From Eledone cirrhosa (lineage: Eukaryota): 64,000 nucleotides of DNA. Where the stretch lies: the NCBI GenBank assembly GCA_964016885.1, contig OZ024740.1:219046001-219110000 (forward strand), written 5' to 3'. Positions 11,421-23,984 of this stretch are shown here, piece after piece (position 1 is the first letter of the stretch; each line of letters begins with the position of its first letter). Position numbers and translations under genes: made by a program. A model generated the notes under the pieces. That model was not told where the DNA came from, ran no database searches, and saw only the letters and a list, made by a program, of their open reading frames with translations.

Positions 11421-13703
11421 GTTAATAAAATCATATTCAATATGGCTTCCTTTGTCTATAATCAAATCGGTTATCTGAACAAAATTCTCCCCATCTATCT
11501 CATTCATATAATTGAAGTCTTACTGTATTTGGGTTAAAACAATTTTCTATTCTTTATATATTGTCAATAATTTCATAATTAATGTGTCCTTGTTGAGAAT
11601 GTAATAAATCAAATATGACAATTTTCTTATTGAATATTTATATGAATATTTAATGCGATGGCGATGATACAATGGAATCTGTAGTGGTTGGAACTATTTG
11701 GAATAAAAATGAGGAGGTAAAAAGAGAACTCATTAACCAGGACAAGCTGGTAGGCTTGCAACTCTGTACCAGGCAGGCAAGTCCATGCTGACTAGCAACA
11801 ATGATGCCTATCACTAGATCAATTGTCAAGCTAAGATGTCTGGTTTGATTAAGACCGTCAAATGGAAAAGAATTTGGATGATGTTGCAAGCATGGTAGCT
11901 TATCTCATCTGAGAGGAAGCTATCTCTGAAAAGATTAGGCAGCGATGGTGATCATCACCTTCATAATCTATTATCAGCAATACAATTTACTTGTATCCCA
12001 GCTTGAGTGGGATACCGCTCAACATCTGCAGCAGTGACTCAAAAGTTAAAACATATAGGAGTGATTAGAGGAGACACTCTTAATCGACAGAAAATACTAT
12101 ACCAAATGGTCCCAATAGGTGCTATTTATCAGAAACACCAAATAGAACCTACTGAATGCCTTTGATCACAGCTCTGCTTGATGAGTGTTGACTTGAGGAA
12201 CACGAGCTCTAGTTTAAATGGGACAAACCATTGATATTGCATGTAACTATCATGAGCCACTTTTTTGTTAAATAAGAAAATAAAAAGTTATTTAAAAATA
12301 CCATTTATGTCTTATATGTAAAGTTGAGCAACATATTTTAATAACATTGGCTGTCTAATCACAATTACACATTTTCTCTTAATATCTCTGTTGAAATGAA
12401 GGTGGGTCATATATGCCCATAGGTTTCATCTGCCAACAAATACAGTAATTAACTAATATGGGGATACTCCAGGCATGGACAATGGAATGCGAATAATCTA
12501 CTTCCATGGTCTGCTTAAAGAGTTCATTTCGAAATTCTGAGGACATTATCAAATATGACAGGCACCTGGAGAAAGCTAGAGAGTTAAATAGACAAAACAT
12601 TGGAAATATAACAACCAAGATGAAGATACTAGTCTAAATAAGTCAGTTTTTGAGAATGACCAGAGTTATGAGTTTTTTCTAGTTGCAAAAACAATTTAAA
12701 TTTTGATTCAAGATAATTTTATTTTCATTTTTTCCTCCTTCTTCTTATTTATCAATTTTGAGTTACTAATTGATAAAAATGAGATGTATTTCAAATATAA
12801 ATTGGAAAGCAAGAGTCTTAAGTTGAAATATGAATACAAATCAAAATTCAATATAAAATTGAAAGTTTTTATTGATCAAAAATTGAATTTCCCATCTTAT
12901 TGAAATCTGGTTAGAATTTAAATTACAAATTCAGTTACAAAAAACATTTTTTTTAAATTTTATTTTCATCACCTGATTTTACTTTATAGAAACCTTTCAG
13001 TTTGAAAGATAAAAAAAAAAATAAACGGTAAAAAAAAGAAGCAGACAGAAAAACTACATCTCATAAAACTGTAAAACAAAAGACTTTGAGTAAACATTTC
13101 TATCTTAGGGTAAAATATAAGGACTCGAATAAGATTTTAACATATGACAAAATGGTCAGTAATCCTTTAAATAAATCTATTACTCTGATTGAAAAAGTGT
13201 AAAATTGATAACGTTAGCATAATTAAAGCACAGTTGCATACTAAACAGAATTCAAATTTTATCTTAGAAATTGAGTGTATCTAAATTGCTAGACGGTAAT
13301 CTATAAAAATGGCTACAACGCCAAAGTAATTTTGTTATTTTTTTTCTATATCTCTCGCAATATGAACGACAGTTTTGAAAAGTACATTAAGATGACAAAA
13401 TATTAACCACATTAAAAATCAAAAATAAAAGACCCAACGTCAGTACAGGGGAAAAAATTCTTTGATTGAAATGAATGCTCTTAAACATATTATGCTGATG
13501 TCACTAAACATAGCTCTTACAGTAGATATTCATGTGTAGGATGGAGAAAAGAACTAAAACAACAACAACAACGATCAAGATAACAGATTTTATTTGATAA
13601 ATCACGTTAGAAATCATTATATGATATATTCTCTTATCAACTTATATATACGTGGTCAATAATTTGGCTGTCATTCATTGAAATTTTCTTTTTCCATCTT
13701 CAG

Positions 13704-13795
13704 TCTATACTTCTGTAGTTACATTTGCTGATCAAAGTCAGCAACGAATTGGGGAGACCATAGTATGGAAGTTAGCAATCAAACACAAGAAACTA
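13704..13795 (+). CDS. Candidate internal coding exon of an unidentified host gene (YTSVVTFADQSQQRIGETIVWKLAIKHKKL)
   Basis: Strong acceptor ttttctttttccatcttcag and donor gtaagt around a 92-nt open frame in non-repetitive DNA; protein not recognised. Confidence 0.4.
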
Positions 13796-14067
13796 GTAAG
13801 TTATATGATAAAATTTATGCATAACATACATATACATATCTATTTATAAACAAACATACAAACATATGCATACATGCATACATACAATTATATACACATA
13901 TATACATACAAACATACATACATGCATACATACATACATAAGTACACACACATACATAACATGCATACATAGATACATGATGATGGCTGCCCCCTCGTTA
14001 TCGAGTATGGCCATTGCACGAGGAGGAAAAAAAAAAAATAATAATAATAATAATAATAAATAAATAA

Positions 14068-14098
<31 letters not shown>

Positions 14099-14304
14099 CA
14101 TATACATACATATATATACACACACACACACACACACATACTCACACACATATACACACACATACATTAATAACAATAATAATAATAATAATAATAACAA
14201 CAATAATAATAACGACAACAACAATAATAATATACATATACATATATATATACACACACACGCACACACATAAGCATATCTACACACACACACACACACG
14301 ATAG

Positions 14305-14472
14305 CAACTAACAGCACTGCGATCGAATGTGGCTTTTTAGCCCAGCCAATGATCTAAAATGTCTTGCACAGAGTCGGCAACCAAAACATTTACTGGGAAT
14401 AGTCGGCTGTGGTTGGAGTTCGTGTACTTTTGCATGTCGCTTGAGCCCTCCTGCTGATTTACATTCTCTACC
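14305..14472 (-). mobile_element. LINE (RTE-like) C-terminal fragment with two C2H2-type motifs
   Basis: [14 protein letters not shown]...[19 protein letters not shown] then stop, flanked by microsatellites; resembles RTE-clade ORF ends. Confidence 0.6.
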
Positions 14473-14803
14473 ACATAGATACATACATACATATATACAT
14501 CCATACATCTATCTATACATACATACATATACACATACATACATACACACATACATACAAACATACAAGCATACATACATACAGGCATACATATATACAT
14601 ACATATATACATGCATATATATATATATATACATATATATAGATAGATAAATATACACGGGTGTGTATGATTGTGTATAGAAGATTATATTAATAAGGAA
14701 TTCCAACTTTGTCTGATTTACTCGTTTTATTTACAATCCTTTAAAATTTATAATGGTATTATAATGAAATAGTATGATAGAATATTAAATTCTAAGTGTT
14801 AAT

Positions 14804-14842
14804 TGAACAAGTACTTTCATGCTTTCGCAATCTTCAGGTTCA
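14804..14842 (-). ncRNA. Minimal type I hammerhead ribozyme
   Basis: Minus strand: tgaac CTGAAGA ttgc-gaaa-gcat GAAA gtac TT gttca; perfect 5-bp stem I, GNRA-capped stem II, palindromic stem III. Confidence 0.85.
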
Positions 14843-15061
14843 TAATATGTGGTAACAGTCAAGTTTGCAATTTTCAACTGTCATATATACATATATATAT
14901 ACATATATACATATATACATATTTATACATATATACATATATATATACATATATACATATATACATATTTATACATATATACATACATATATACATATGA
15001 ACCCATGCTAGCATGGAAGAACGGACGTAAAACGGTGATGATGATGATGATGATGATATGA

Positions 15062-15530
15062 TATACGATGTGATAGCTAGAACCATCTGGAGTGCACTTA
15101 GGAAAACAAAATTAAAAACAAATGACGAGGAATATATTGAGATAGATGGCACTGAAAATAAAAACTGTCAACAAATTAAAGCACAACCGGCCTGATATTG
15201 TTGTTTGGGACCACACATTGAAAATGTGTTCTGCTGTAGAGATCAGCTGCCCACTTGATGTCAACATTGTAAGAAAAATACAATAGAAGGAGGAAATCTA
15301 TGGGCCATTCGATGAGGAGTTTGCAGATCCAGTATCCAAAATACACTTTCAGCTTCATACCCATCATTATTGGAGCTACAGGTTATATACTAACCTGCTT
15401 GGACCAAAGTATAACTGAACTTGGATTTGTGGACAAAGAGCGCTGCTCCCTAATTCATAGAGACTACAAATGGCTGCAATGGCTGACACCTTCAAAATTT
15501 GCGAAACATTCTTGCAATTCAAGGGATGAC
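15062..15530 (+). mobile_element. RLE-type non-LTR retrotransposon (R4/NeSL-like) endonuclease fragment, frameshifted
   Basis: Frames give DVIARTIW, RPDIVVWD, VEISCPLDVNI, FIPIIIGATG, typical of the restriction-like endonuclease region. Confidence 0.7.
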
Positions 15531-15656
15531 AATTTCTTTTCTTTTACAACCTTGCCACCGGGAAGGTGGCCAGTCAAAAATTTGATATATATTTGATATA
15601 TATTTATCCTTATCGAGCCCTCTTTGGATTTTAGTCTTCAAATTTATTATTATTAC

Positions 15657-15732
<76 letters not shown>

Positions 15733-15735
<3 letters not shown>

Positions 15736-16070
15736 TCATCATCATCATCATCAACGTTTAACGTCCATGTTCCACGCTTGCATGGGTTTGGACGGGGGTT
15801 TTCCCACTTGAGGCAAGAGTGATTGTCTTGCTTGTATAGGACTGTCTGGCGGGTTTTCTACAGCTGGATGCCCTTCCTAACAACAACCACATTTACAGTG
15901 TGGGGCTGGGAGGTTTTTACCGTGTTGCCTACACGGCCACATTACAGCGTGGACTGTGTGTTTTTTTGTCGTGACACCTACACGATCTCATTTGTTTCGG
16001 CCTGGATGTTGTGGTACCAACATAACTTTACATTGAAAGGGGTGGTGTGGATGGGGTGGGGGTGGTGGGA
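15733..16070 (-). mobile_element. RTE subfamily C 3' UTR fragment
   Basis: Matches 52640-52978; (CAT)n tail next to (TA)n. Confidence 0.9.
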
Positions 16071-16430
16071 CATATATATATATGAAAGAGCTGAAGTAGT
16101 TGCATCACGCTAATGTTTCTCTCATTGCCATCGTAAAGGAAACATTTCTAGTTTAGGAATCAAAACTACGTTAAGAAACCAGTTCACTGAGAAGTTGTTC
16201 CTCTCTTCAATGTCCCCAAACATTTAACAATATATTAAAGGCATACCATATTTATATTGTATACCTACAGAAGCATGCAGTATATTATCTATGTTATTAT
16301 TATGTCAAAATAATTGATTTTCTGTCCAGATTTTCTTCTAGTAGTATAGACCATCTACAAAAGTTGAAATATCTTTGAAGTGAAATAAACTTGCATATTT
16401 TTCACACTGAATTTTCTGAAAGAATTCATA

Positions 16431-16608
16431 TTTGTTTCTACTTTAGGCACAAGGCCAGCAATTACCCAGTTCATTACTGGTACTTTATTTTATCGACCCC
16501 GTAAGGATGAAAGGCAAAGTCAACCTCGGCAAGATTTGAACTCAGATTGTAAAGGGACGTAACTATGCTGGAAAGCATGGTGTCCGACCCTCTACCGATA
16601 CTGCCAAT
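16431..16608 (-). mobile_element. SINE family 2 copy
   Basis: Matches 9351-9529. Confidence 0.8.
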
Positions 16609-17306
16609 ATTGCCAACCTTTCAAGTGTGTGAGTGTTTGTGTGTGTTTGTGTGTACGTACGTGTGTGTGTGTTGTGTGCATGTATGTGTGCGTGTCTGAG
16701 AATGCATCCATATATCTGCACGTGAATGTATGTGTTCACATGTATATGTGTGTGTGTGTGTGTGTATGTTTGTATGTGTGTATGTATGTGTATACATATG
16801 TTTGAATGTATGTGTGCATATCTGTGTTTGCATGTGCGTGTGTGTATGTGTGCATGTATGTTTGTGTACATGTGTTTGGATGTGTGCGTGTGCATGTGCG
16901 TGCACATGTGTGCATTGAAGTACATGCACATCATATATATATAAATATATATATATATATATGTGTGTGTGTGTCTCTGTGTGTGTGTGCATGTATACAT
17001 ATGTACATGCATATGTACAAGCAATGTAAAACAAAAAGTTGATATGGTGAGAGACCAGCGGTTACAGTGTTAGTAATCAGATGGAGATAATAGCGTTTGA
17101 AAGGACTTTTCTGTCTGGCTGAGCATACGACAAGTGAGTTTAATGAAAGGACAAAGAGCAGCACTGACAAACCATCACTCTGAAAGATGCCTTTTGGTAT
17201 TGAGAGCTATCAGACTCAATTTGCTCCTTATCACTTCTAAGGAGCAAAGTGGTCTACAATGTCTTGGTCAGGTGTTCAATAGCCTGTATGTATGTATGTA
17301 TGTATG

Positions 17307-17337
<31 letters not shown>

Positions 17338-17448
17338 GTATGTATGTATGTATATGTTCACTCAGCTGGCAAAAATGAGTTGCACCTATTATTCGAAGGG
17401 CCAGCCTTGTCACATTCTGTGTCACGCCAAATCTCCCTGAGAACTACA

Positions 17449-17660
17449 TTAATCCTTTAGCATTTAAACCGGCCATATCCAGCCTCAATTTTCCCACCCT
17501 TTTCTGTTCAAACTGTAACCGGCCGCCCATACTAATGTTAAGATATTGTTCTCAAAATAAATAATATCAAAATCTCATAGATTCAATATTATGTAAGACA
17601 AAGCCTTTACTGTGAAAATATAATAGTAAATATAGAGTAAAGTAAGTGCTAAAGGGTTAA
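17449..17660. mobile_element. TTAA MITE family 1 copy
   Basis: Same body and TIRs as 2158-2386. Confidence 0.7.
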
Positions 17661-17785
17661 GGTTATGTGTATTTGTGGAATGCTCAGCCACTTGCACGTT
17701 AATTTCATGAACAGGCTGTTCTGTTGATCGGATCAACTGGAACACTCATCATCATAACCAACCGAGTACCCTCCATGTATGTATG

Positions 17786-17819
<34 letters not shown>

Positions 17820-18135
17820 TGTATGTATGTATGTATGTATGTATGTATGTATGTATGTATGTATGTACATGGTCGGGCAATCTGTGACTAAACTGGCAAC
17901 CTCATCAAGCTTGCTAGTGAGGAGGGTGAACTTGGACACCCTGCAGGATGATAAACAAAACCTGTCAAATGGCAGAGGAACTCAGATGAGTCAACGACCA
18001 TACAATACAGTTTTTTTTTTTGTGGAACAAAAAGGCTTCATTAAGTCATCTCTCTAGGAGATCTTCTGAAACTAAAAAAGTCAATCTGTGAACGCAGAAG
18101 TAAATATTTCAAAAAACGTTGCAACCGGAGGAAGA

Positions 18136-18897
18136 CAGGAAGACGATACTTTGGTTCGTGGAAACGTTCCCTGGCAAAGAACGGAAAAAAAAACGAAAAT
18201 AATACGTCATTATTTGGAGCGGTGAAAAACAATTATACGCAAAGACAAAACCACGTTTATGGTATAAAAGAAGTCGTAGACTAATATTCTATTAGGTGGT
18301 TCATGGAGACGTTCTCTGGCAATGAACGGAAAAAACGAAGATAATACGTCATATGTGGAGCGTGGAGAACAATTGCACGCAAAGACAAAACCACGTAAAT
18401 GGTATAACTGAAGTCGTAGACTAAAATTCTAACTAGGAAACCGAATGATTCTCGGCTTGAGAGTTAAGAATAAAGTAAATAAAATACAGAGGTAATTGAA
18501 ATTAAATAAATACATACACGCATCCGTATACGTACCTACACAAGCATACGCGAAAACACTCGCCATAGGTATACTATTACTTATTTGTATAGGTAAGTAT
18601 ATATTACCTGTATGTTTTGTGAAGGTATGTATACTTTCTCGTACGTATATTTGATTGTATATGTTATGGCGTATATATTATATATTCTGGTACATATACA
18701 TTTGGTTATGTGTATATGCGAGTTTTGCGTCTGTGTGAGTATGCGTATTCGTACGTATGTAGGGTGTGTGTATATGTACTTTGTGTTTTGGTTGACGTAG
18801 TCTCCGAACATATGTGTATTTACATGTAGGTATGTGTGCGCGCACGTTATATACGTATTTATTTATTTATAAGTTTATTTAATTGTTTGTATACACG

Positions 18898-18928
<31 letters not shown>

Positions 18929-19444
18929 TTTTTTTATATATATTTTTATGTGTATTTGGTGTATACACTCGTATGTGTGCGGGTACAGGCGTTGCGTGGG
19001 TTCTGTATGTGCGTGCGGTTTTTTTTTTCGTGTACGTACTTGTATTTGTATACCTGTTTATACTTGTATTTATTTAATTTCAATTACCTCTGTATTTTAT
19101 TTACTTTATTCTTAACTCTCAAGCCGAGAATCATTCGGTTTTCTAGTTAGAATTTTAGTCTACGACTTCAGTTATACCATTTACGTGGTCTTGTCTTTGC
19201 GTGCGATTGTTCTCCCCGTTCCACATATGACGTATTATCTTCGTTTTTTTTTCCGTTCATTGCCAGAGAACGTCTCCATGAACCACCTAATAGAATATTA
19301 GTCTACGACTTCTTTTATACCATAAACGTGGTTTTGTCTTTGCGTGTAATTATTTTTCACCGCTCCAAATAATGACGTATTATCTTCGTTTTTTCCCCGT
19401 TCTTTGCCAGGGAACGTTTCCACGAACCAAAGTATCATCTTCCT
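18136..19444. mobile_element. Fold-back element with ~380-bp inverted arms, each containing two ~145-bp tandem units
   Basis: 18136-18514 is the reverse complement of 19064-19444; units start at 18153 and 18298. Confidence 0.8.
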
Positions 19445-19866
19445 GGAAATATATATATATATATATATTAATAAATGGAAACTATATTTATAAAACCATA
19501 ATTATTTTATTATATATATTTCAAGGATAGTTTCCATTTATTAATATATTGAATATTTACTCCAGTAACTCCTGAGTGTTTTATATCAGTTATAAAACTT
19601 TTAAGCTTGTTGAATCCCAACAAATTAAATATAACTTCTGCATATATATATATATATTTTAGTCATTCCTCTGACTTTTTCAATTTTCAACGGAAACTTC
19701 AATACTTATATATATATTTGCCGATGATGTTGATATTTTTTTCTTTTCGGGTTATAGCTACTGTCGCCCAGAAGTGGGATTGGCTCAGAGCACAGTCTTT
19801 CTTCACTTTAAAAAAATCTTCACACACATGCATTGCACAATAGCGTTAATTGATAATTATTAATAA

Positions 19867-20046
19867 TTGTTTCTACTTTTGGCACAAGGCCAGCAATTAC
19901 TCCAGTGAACTACTGGTACTTTATTTTATCGACCCCGTAAGGATGAAAGGCAAAGTTAACCTCGGCGGGATTTGAACTCAGACCATAAAGGGCCGTAACT
20001 CTTTGCTGCAAAGCATAGCATTCGACCCTCTACTGATACTGCCAAT
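19867..20046 (-). mobile_element. SINE family 2 copy
   Basis: Matches 9351-9529. Confidence 0.8.
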
Positions 20047-20701
20047 CCACGTTATATAGTTTAATGGCCATACTGGATAACGAAGGGGCAGCCATCATCT
20101 ATGTATGTGTGTATGTATGTGTGTGTGTATGCCTGTATGTGTGTGTGTATGCATGTATGCATGCGTGATGTATGTATGTATGTGTCTATGTATGTATGTG
20201 TGTATGTATGTATGTGTGCATGCATGCATGCATGTATGTACGCCTGTATGTATGCATGTATGTATGTGTGTATGTATGTATATGTATTGTAAATAAGAAC
20301 AATGATAACACATGATTATAAAACAATATTTGTGCCTGAAAAATTCATTTATAGATGAAACAAAATTAAAAGCATGTTTATACTAGTGGATGAAAAGAAG
20401 ATGAAGTTACAGCCTAAATTAATTAAAATCAGAAACAAGCAGCATAAAACATTGATTAATAGCATTTGTAAATCAATCTATATATCATTTTTTGTTGTTT
20501 TTATTCATAAAATGTGTTTCAGTAATTAGAACTGTCCAGTTGAAAAACATTCACATGCAGAAACATACAAACACAGAAACACCATTTCTCAAACTTATGA
20601 ATAAAGAAAATAATAGAATTTTATTTAACAGACGATATCAATACTTGCATTCTTCACATGTGATGAAGAAATATTGAGTGACATTGGCATAATTAGGAAT
20701 A

Positions 20702-20865
<164 letters not shown>

Positions 20866-20877
20866 GCGAGGTTTTTG

Positions 20878-22500
20878 ATATTGTTATACTTGGGGAGGGT
20901 CATATTGTTGTAATAATATTGCCAGAATTAATAACAGAACACACTCAGTGTTTGGTTGGTTTTCGCTTCTGTATCTTTTATATCAGTTAATTCATTTGGT
21001 CCTCAATGTTTACCATTGACTGACCAACGGTCAAAAATACAGATATAATATAGATATAAACACATATATATAGTCTAACAAAATTCTGTCGTTGCACATC
21101 TGCAACATCGTCAGTGGTGCTATTATGTTTCCTCCTGTTGTATTGTATATCTACACCATCTTTATTTTATCTGTTTATTTATTTATTTATTTATATTTCT
21201 CTTAAGTCAGTATTGTTTGTTTGGGTGTTGTTGTTATTCCATTCATTTTTCTGTTTAGCCCTGGCCTTTTAAGTTCTATTTCACTTGCCTCTCTGATTTG
21301 CCTATCTGCTGGGTCATTTCTATGTTTAGATATTATTTTAATTTCTATGTTTTCTATGTTACCGTCGTGTTGTTGTCTGGCGTGTTCGTATAGTACTGAA
21401 CCATTTTTTCGTCCTTTTAGTTCCCCCCAGTGTTGGTCTATCCTTTCACCTATGCTACGAGCTGTCTCGCCTATGTATGTTGTTGTCATGTTTCTGCAAG
21501 TACCCTCTGCACATCTTATGCTATAGACTACGTTTCTAGTTTTACAGTTTATCCGGGGCTTTACTTTACATATAACACATTTCCTATTAGTACAGTGGGT
21601 TTTCTTAAAAGGGTATGTTTTACTGATCAGGGATTTTATGGTAGTTCCTGGCTTTTCTACTACTTTAATCTTTAAGTGGGTCTTTCTCAGGGCCTTTCTA
21701 CACTGGTTAGCTAATTTCCCTCCAGGGGTAGATTCCACGAACATGACACTCTGGTATCTCTGGTTGTCGTACCATGAGGTGGCTATCCCTATCTTATGTT
21801 TAGTCCTATCTAAGCTATTCCACGATTTGCTCCTGTATAATGGGCAAACTCCTTTCATGTCCAGTTCTATGAGGGTCTTATAATTCTCCGTGGCTCCTTC
21901 GTATTCTCTGATTCTGTCTTTTTGGTTGTAGCCAGAGAACTCCATGCGGTTGATGATGTGTTGGATGTGTCTTTCCATTTCTGTTGGGTCGCACATGCGG
22001 GACATGTTCTTCATCACTCGTACCAAGTCTGCGATGAGAATATTAAACTTAGCACTACTGGACATTGCTGAGTTTTTGAGTATCAGGTATTTGGAGGCCA
22101 TGGGTTTAGCGTAGTGTGAGTGGAAAATTTGGGCCCTCTCGTCTATAGTGTTAATCCAGAGTTCCATGTCTAATACAGGTAGTCTACTGTTAGGGTGTTT
22201 GGAAGGGTAGTCAATAGTTAGTTATACTGTGGTGTATGGAATTAGCTATCTGCTGGATGCTTTCCATTGTGCTACATTCTAAATCATATTTGCTAGTACT
22301 CTCTTGTGGGGGTGTCCTTATTACTATATAAATGTCGTCTACGTAACGAGAGTACATGATGAGGTCTATGGAGCTCTCATCAAGGAGATTTTTGGGTCTC
22401 CTTTCCCAGAAGCGAAAACCAACCAAACAGTGAGTGTGTTCTGTTATTAATTCTGGGAATATTATTACAACAATATGACCCTCCCCAAGTATAACAATAT
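20878..22500 (-). mobile_element. Penelope-like retroelement, 5'-truncated (RT C-terminus + GIY-YIG endonuclease), with 94-bp inverted termini
   Basis: YSRYVDDIY and LPVLD RT motifs; ORF 21202-22167 has CKTRNVVYSIRC...YIGETARSIGERIDQH...REA...LN (GIY-YIG); 20878-20971 is the reverse complement of 22407-22500. Confidence 0.92.
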
Positions 22501-22543
22501 ATATATATACATATGTATGTATATATTGTATATATATATATAC

Positions 22544-22582
<39 letters not shown>

Positions 22583-22590
22583 TATGTGTG

Positions 22591-22677
<87 letters not shown>

Positions 22678-22704
22678 TCTATTTGCTTTTTACGCGAACT
22701 TGAA

Positions 22705-22742
<38 letters not shown>

Positions 22743-22747
<5 letters not shown>

Positions 22748-23020
22748 GTCTATTTGCTTTTTACGCGAACTTGAAATGTGTGAATTTGCTTTAAAAATAT
22801 TACTAATATTCATTTTGCACGAATAATGCACTATAACACATATGGTTTTTAAAAATATTACTAAATATTCATTCTTGTAAAAATATGACTAAATATTCAT
22901 TTTGCTCGAATAATGCACTATAATGCATATGGTTTTTAATTTTTTAGACTTGAATTACGCGAATTTGCTTTACGTACGGCGTTCACGAACATATCTTAGT
23001 GTAAAAAATAAACAGACTGT
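22743..23020. mobile_element. TA-flanked MITE (Tigger/pogo-like)
   Basis: TIR acagtctatttgctttttac / gtaaaaaataaacagactgta; left end duplicated at 22673-22710. Confidence 0.6.
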
Positions 23021-23029
23021 AAATGTGTG

Positions 23030-23695
23030 TGTGTGTTCAGGATTGCAAGGCAATGTATCAAGAAAAGCCAAGATGTTCTCGGGGAGAAATGTGTTCATAA
23101 CGACAATGGCACATTTGCCTTTACCAACACTAAAAAGAAAGCTGCTTGGAAATGCCACTATGAGAGGCTGATGGATGAGGAAAATGCCTGGGAAGTAAAC
23201 AGCCTGCCCCAAAAGCATCCAATAGAAGGTCCAGCTGTACACATAAGTAGCAACGTGGTAAGTAAAGCAATTAAATTGTTGAGATGTTGAAAGCACCTGG
23301 GATGGTAGGGCATGCTCTAACCACCCTAATTGTAAACCAAGTAATACAGAATGGTGTCATTCCCAGTGATTGGAATAGAAGCATCATTGTCAACTGCTAC
23401 AAGGATAAAGGAGATGTCCTAGAGAGAAGTAACTACAAAGGCATAGAGCTGACTAACCAGGTCATGAAAGTTACAGAAAGAGTCATCGCACAACTGATTA
23501 GAGATCGTATGCACCTAGACAAGATGCAGTTTGGATTTGAGCTGGGAAAAAACACCACTGATGCTCTCTTCCTTGGGAGACAAATGCAAGAGAAGTACTT
23601 GGGTAAAAACAAGCCACTCTACCTAGCATTCATGGGTCTAGAGAAAGCTTTTGACAGAGTCACTCAACTCATAATATGGTGGTCCCTCAGAAAAT
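23030..23695 (+). mobile_element. RTE LINE RT N-terminal fragment (older copy)
   Basis: [26 protein letters not shown] motifs. Confidence 0.9.
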
Positions 23696-23858
23696 ATGAG
23701 TCCAAATTTGTTTCTATCTGTAACCTTGGGTTAAATGGTAGTACACCATGTTGCTTTTCACGCTGGTATCATTTGTGGAACCTAGCAGATATATTCAGGT
23801 ATTTTTTACTATATACTGTATTGCAACAATATTTAATTAGTGTATATAATAGGAATAT

Positions 23859-23984
23859 TTCCGCTGATGATTGATTTGCGTCTCCCATAACTTAACTAAA
23901 ATCGATAGTTGGTGCTTGATCATCGATTGCTTAGATCGATTTTAAGTTGTGGTTCTCATCAGATCATGAAATGGCCATAAGGAA
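23859..23984 (+). ncRNA. Type I hammerhead ribozyme with ~97-nt extended stem II
   Basis: ttccg CTGATGA ttgatttg...(hairpin)...cagatcat GAAA tggcca TA aggaa; palindromic stem III atggccat; first stem I pair mismatched. Confidence 0.7.

Noticed and set aside
12379-12618. 79-aa minus-strand ORF with an acceptor-like site near 12567; similar candidates at ~10941 and ~38685
   Set aside because: No recognisable protein motif and weak or absent donor; insufficient support
14308-14472. C2H2 zinc-finger host gene
   Set aside because: No TGEKP linkers, ends at a stop beside microsatellite; fits a LINE ORF C-terminus better
18153-18437. Repeat units that might suggest a CRISPR-like array (also 29073-29142)
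   Set aside because: Contiguous tandem repeats without unique spacers, eukaryotic context, no cas genes
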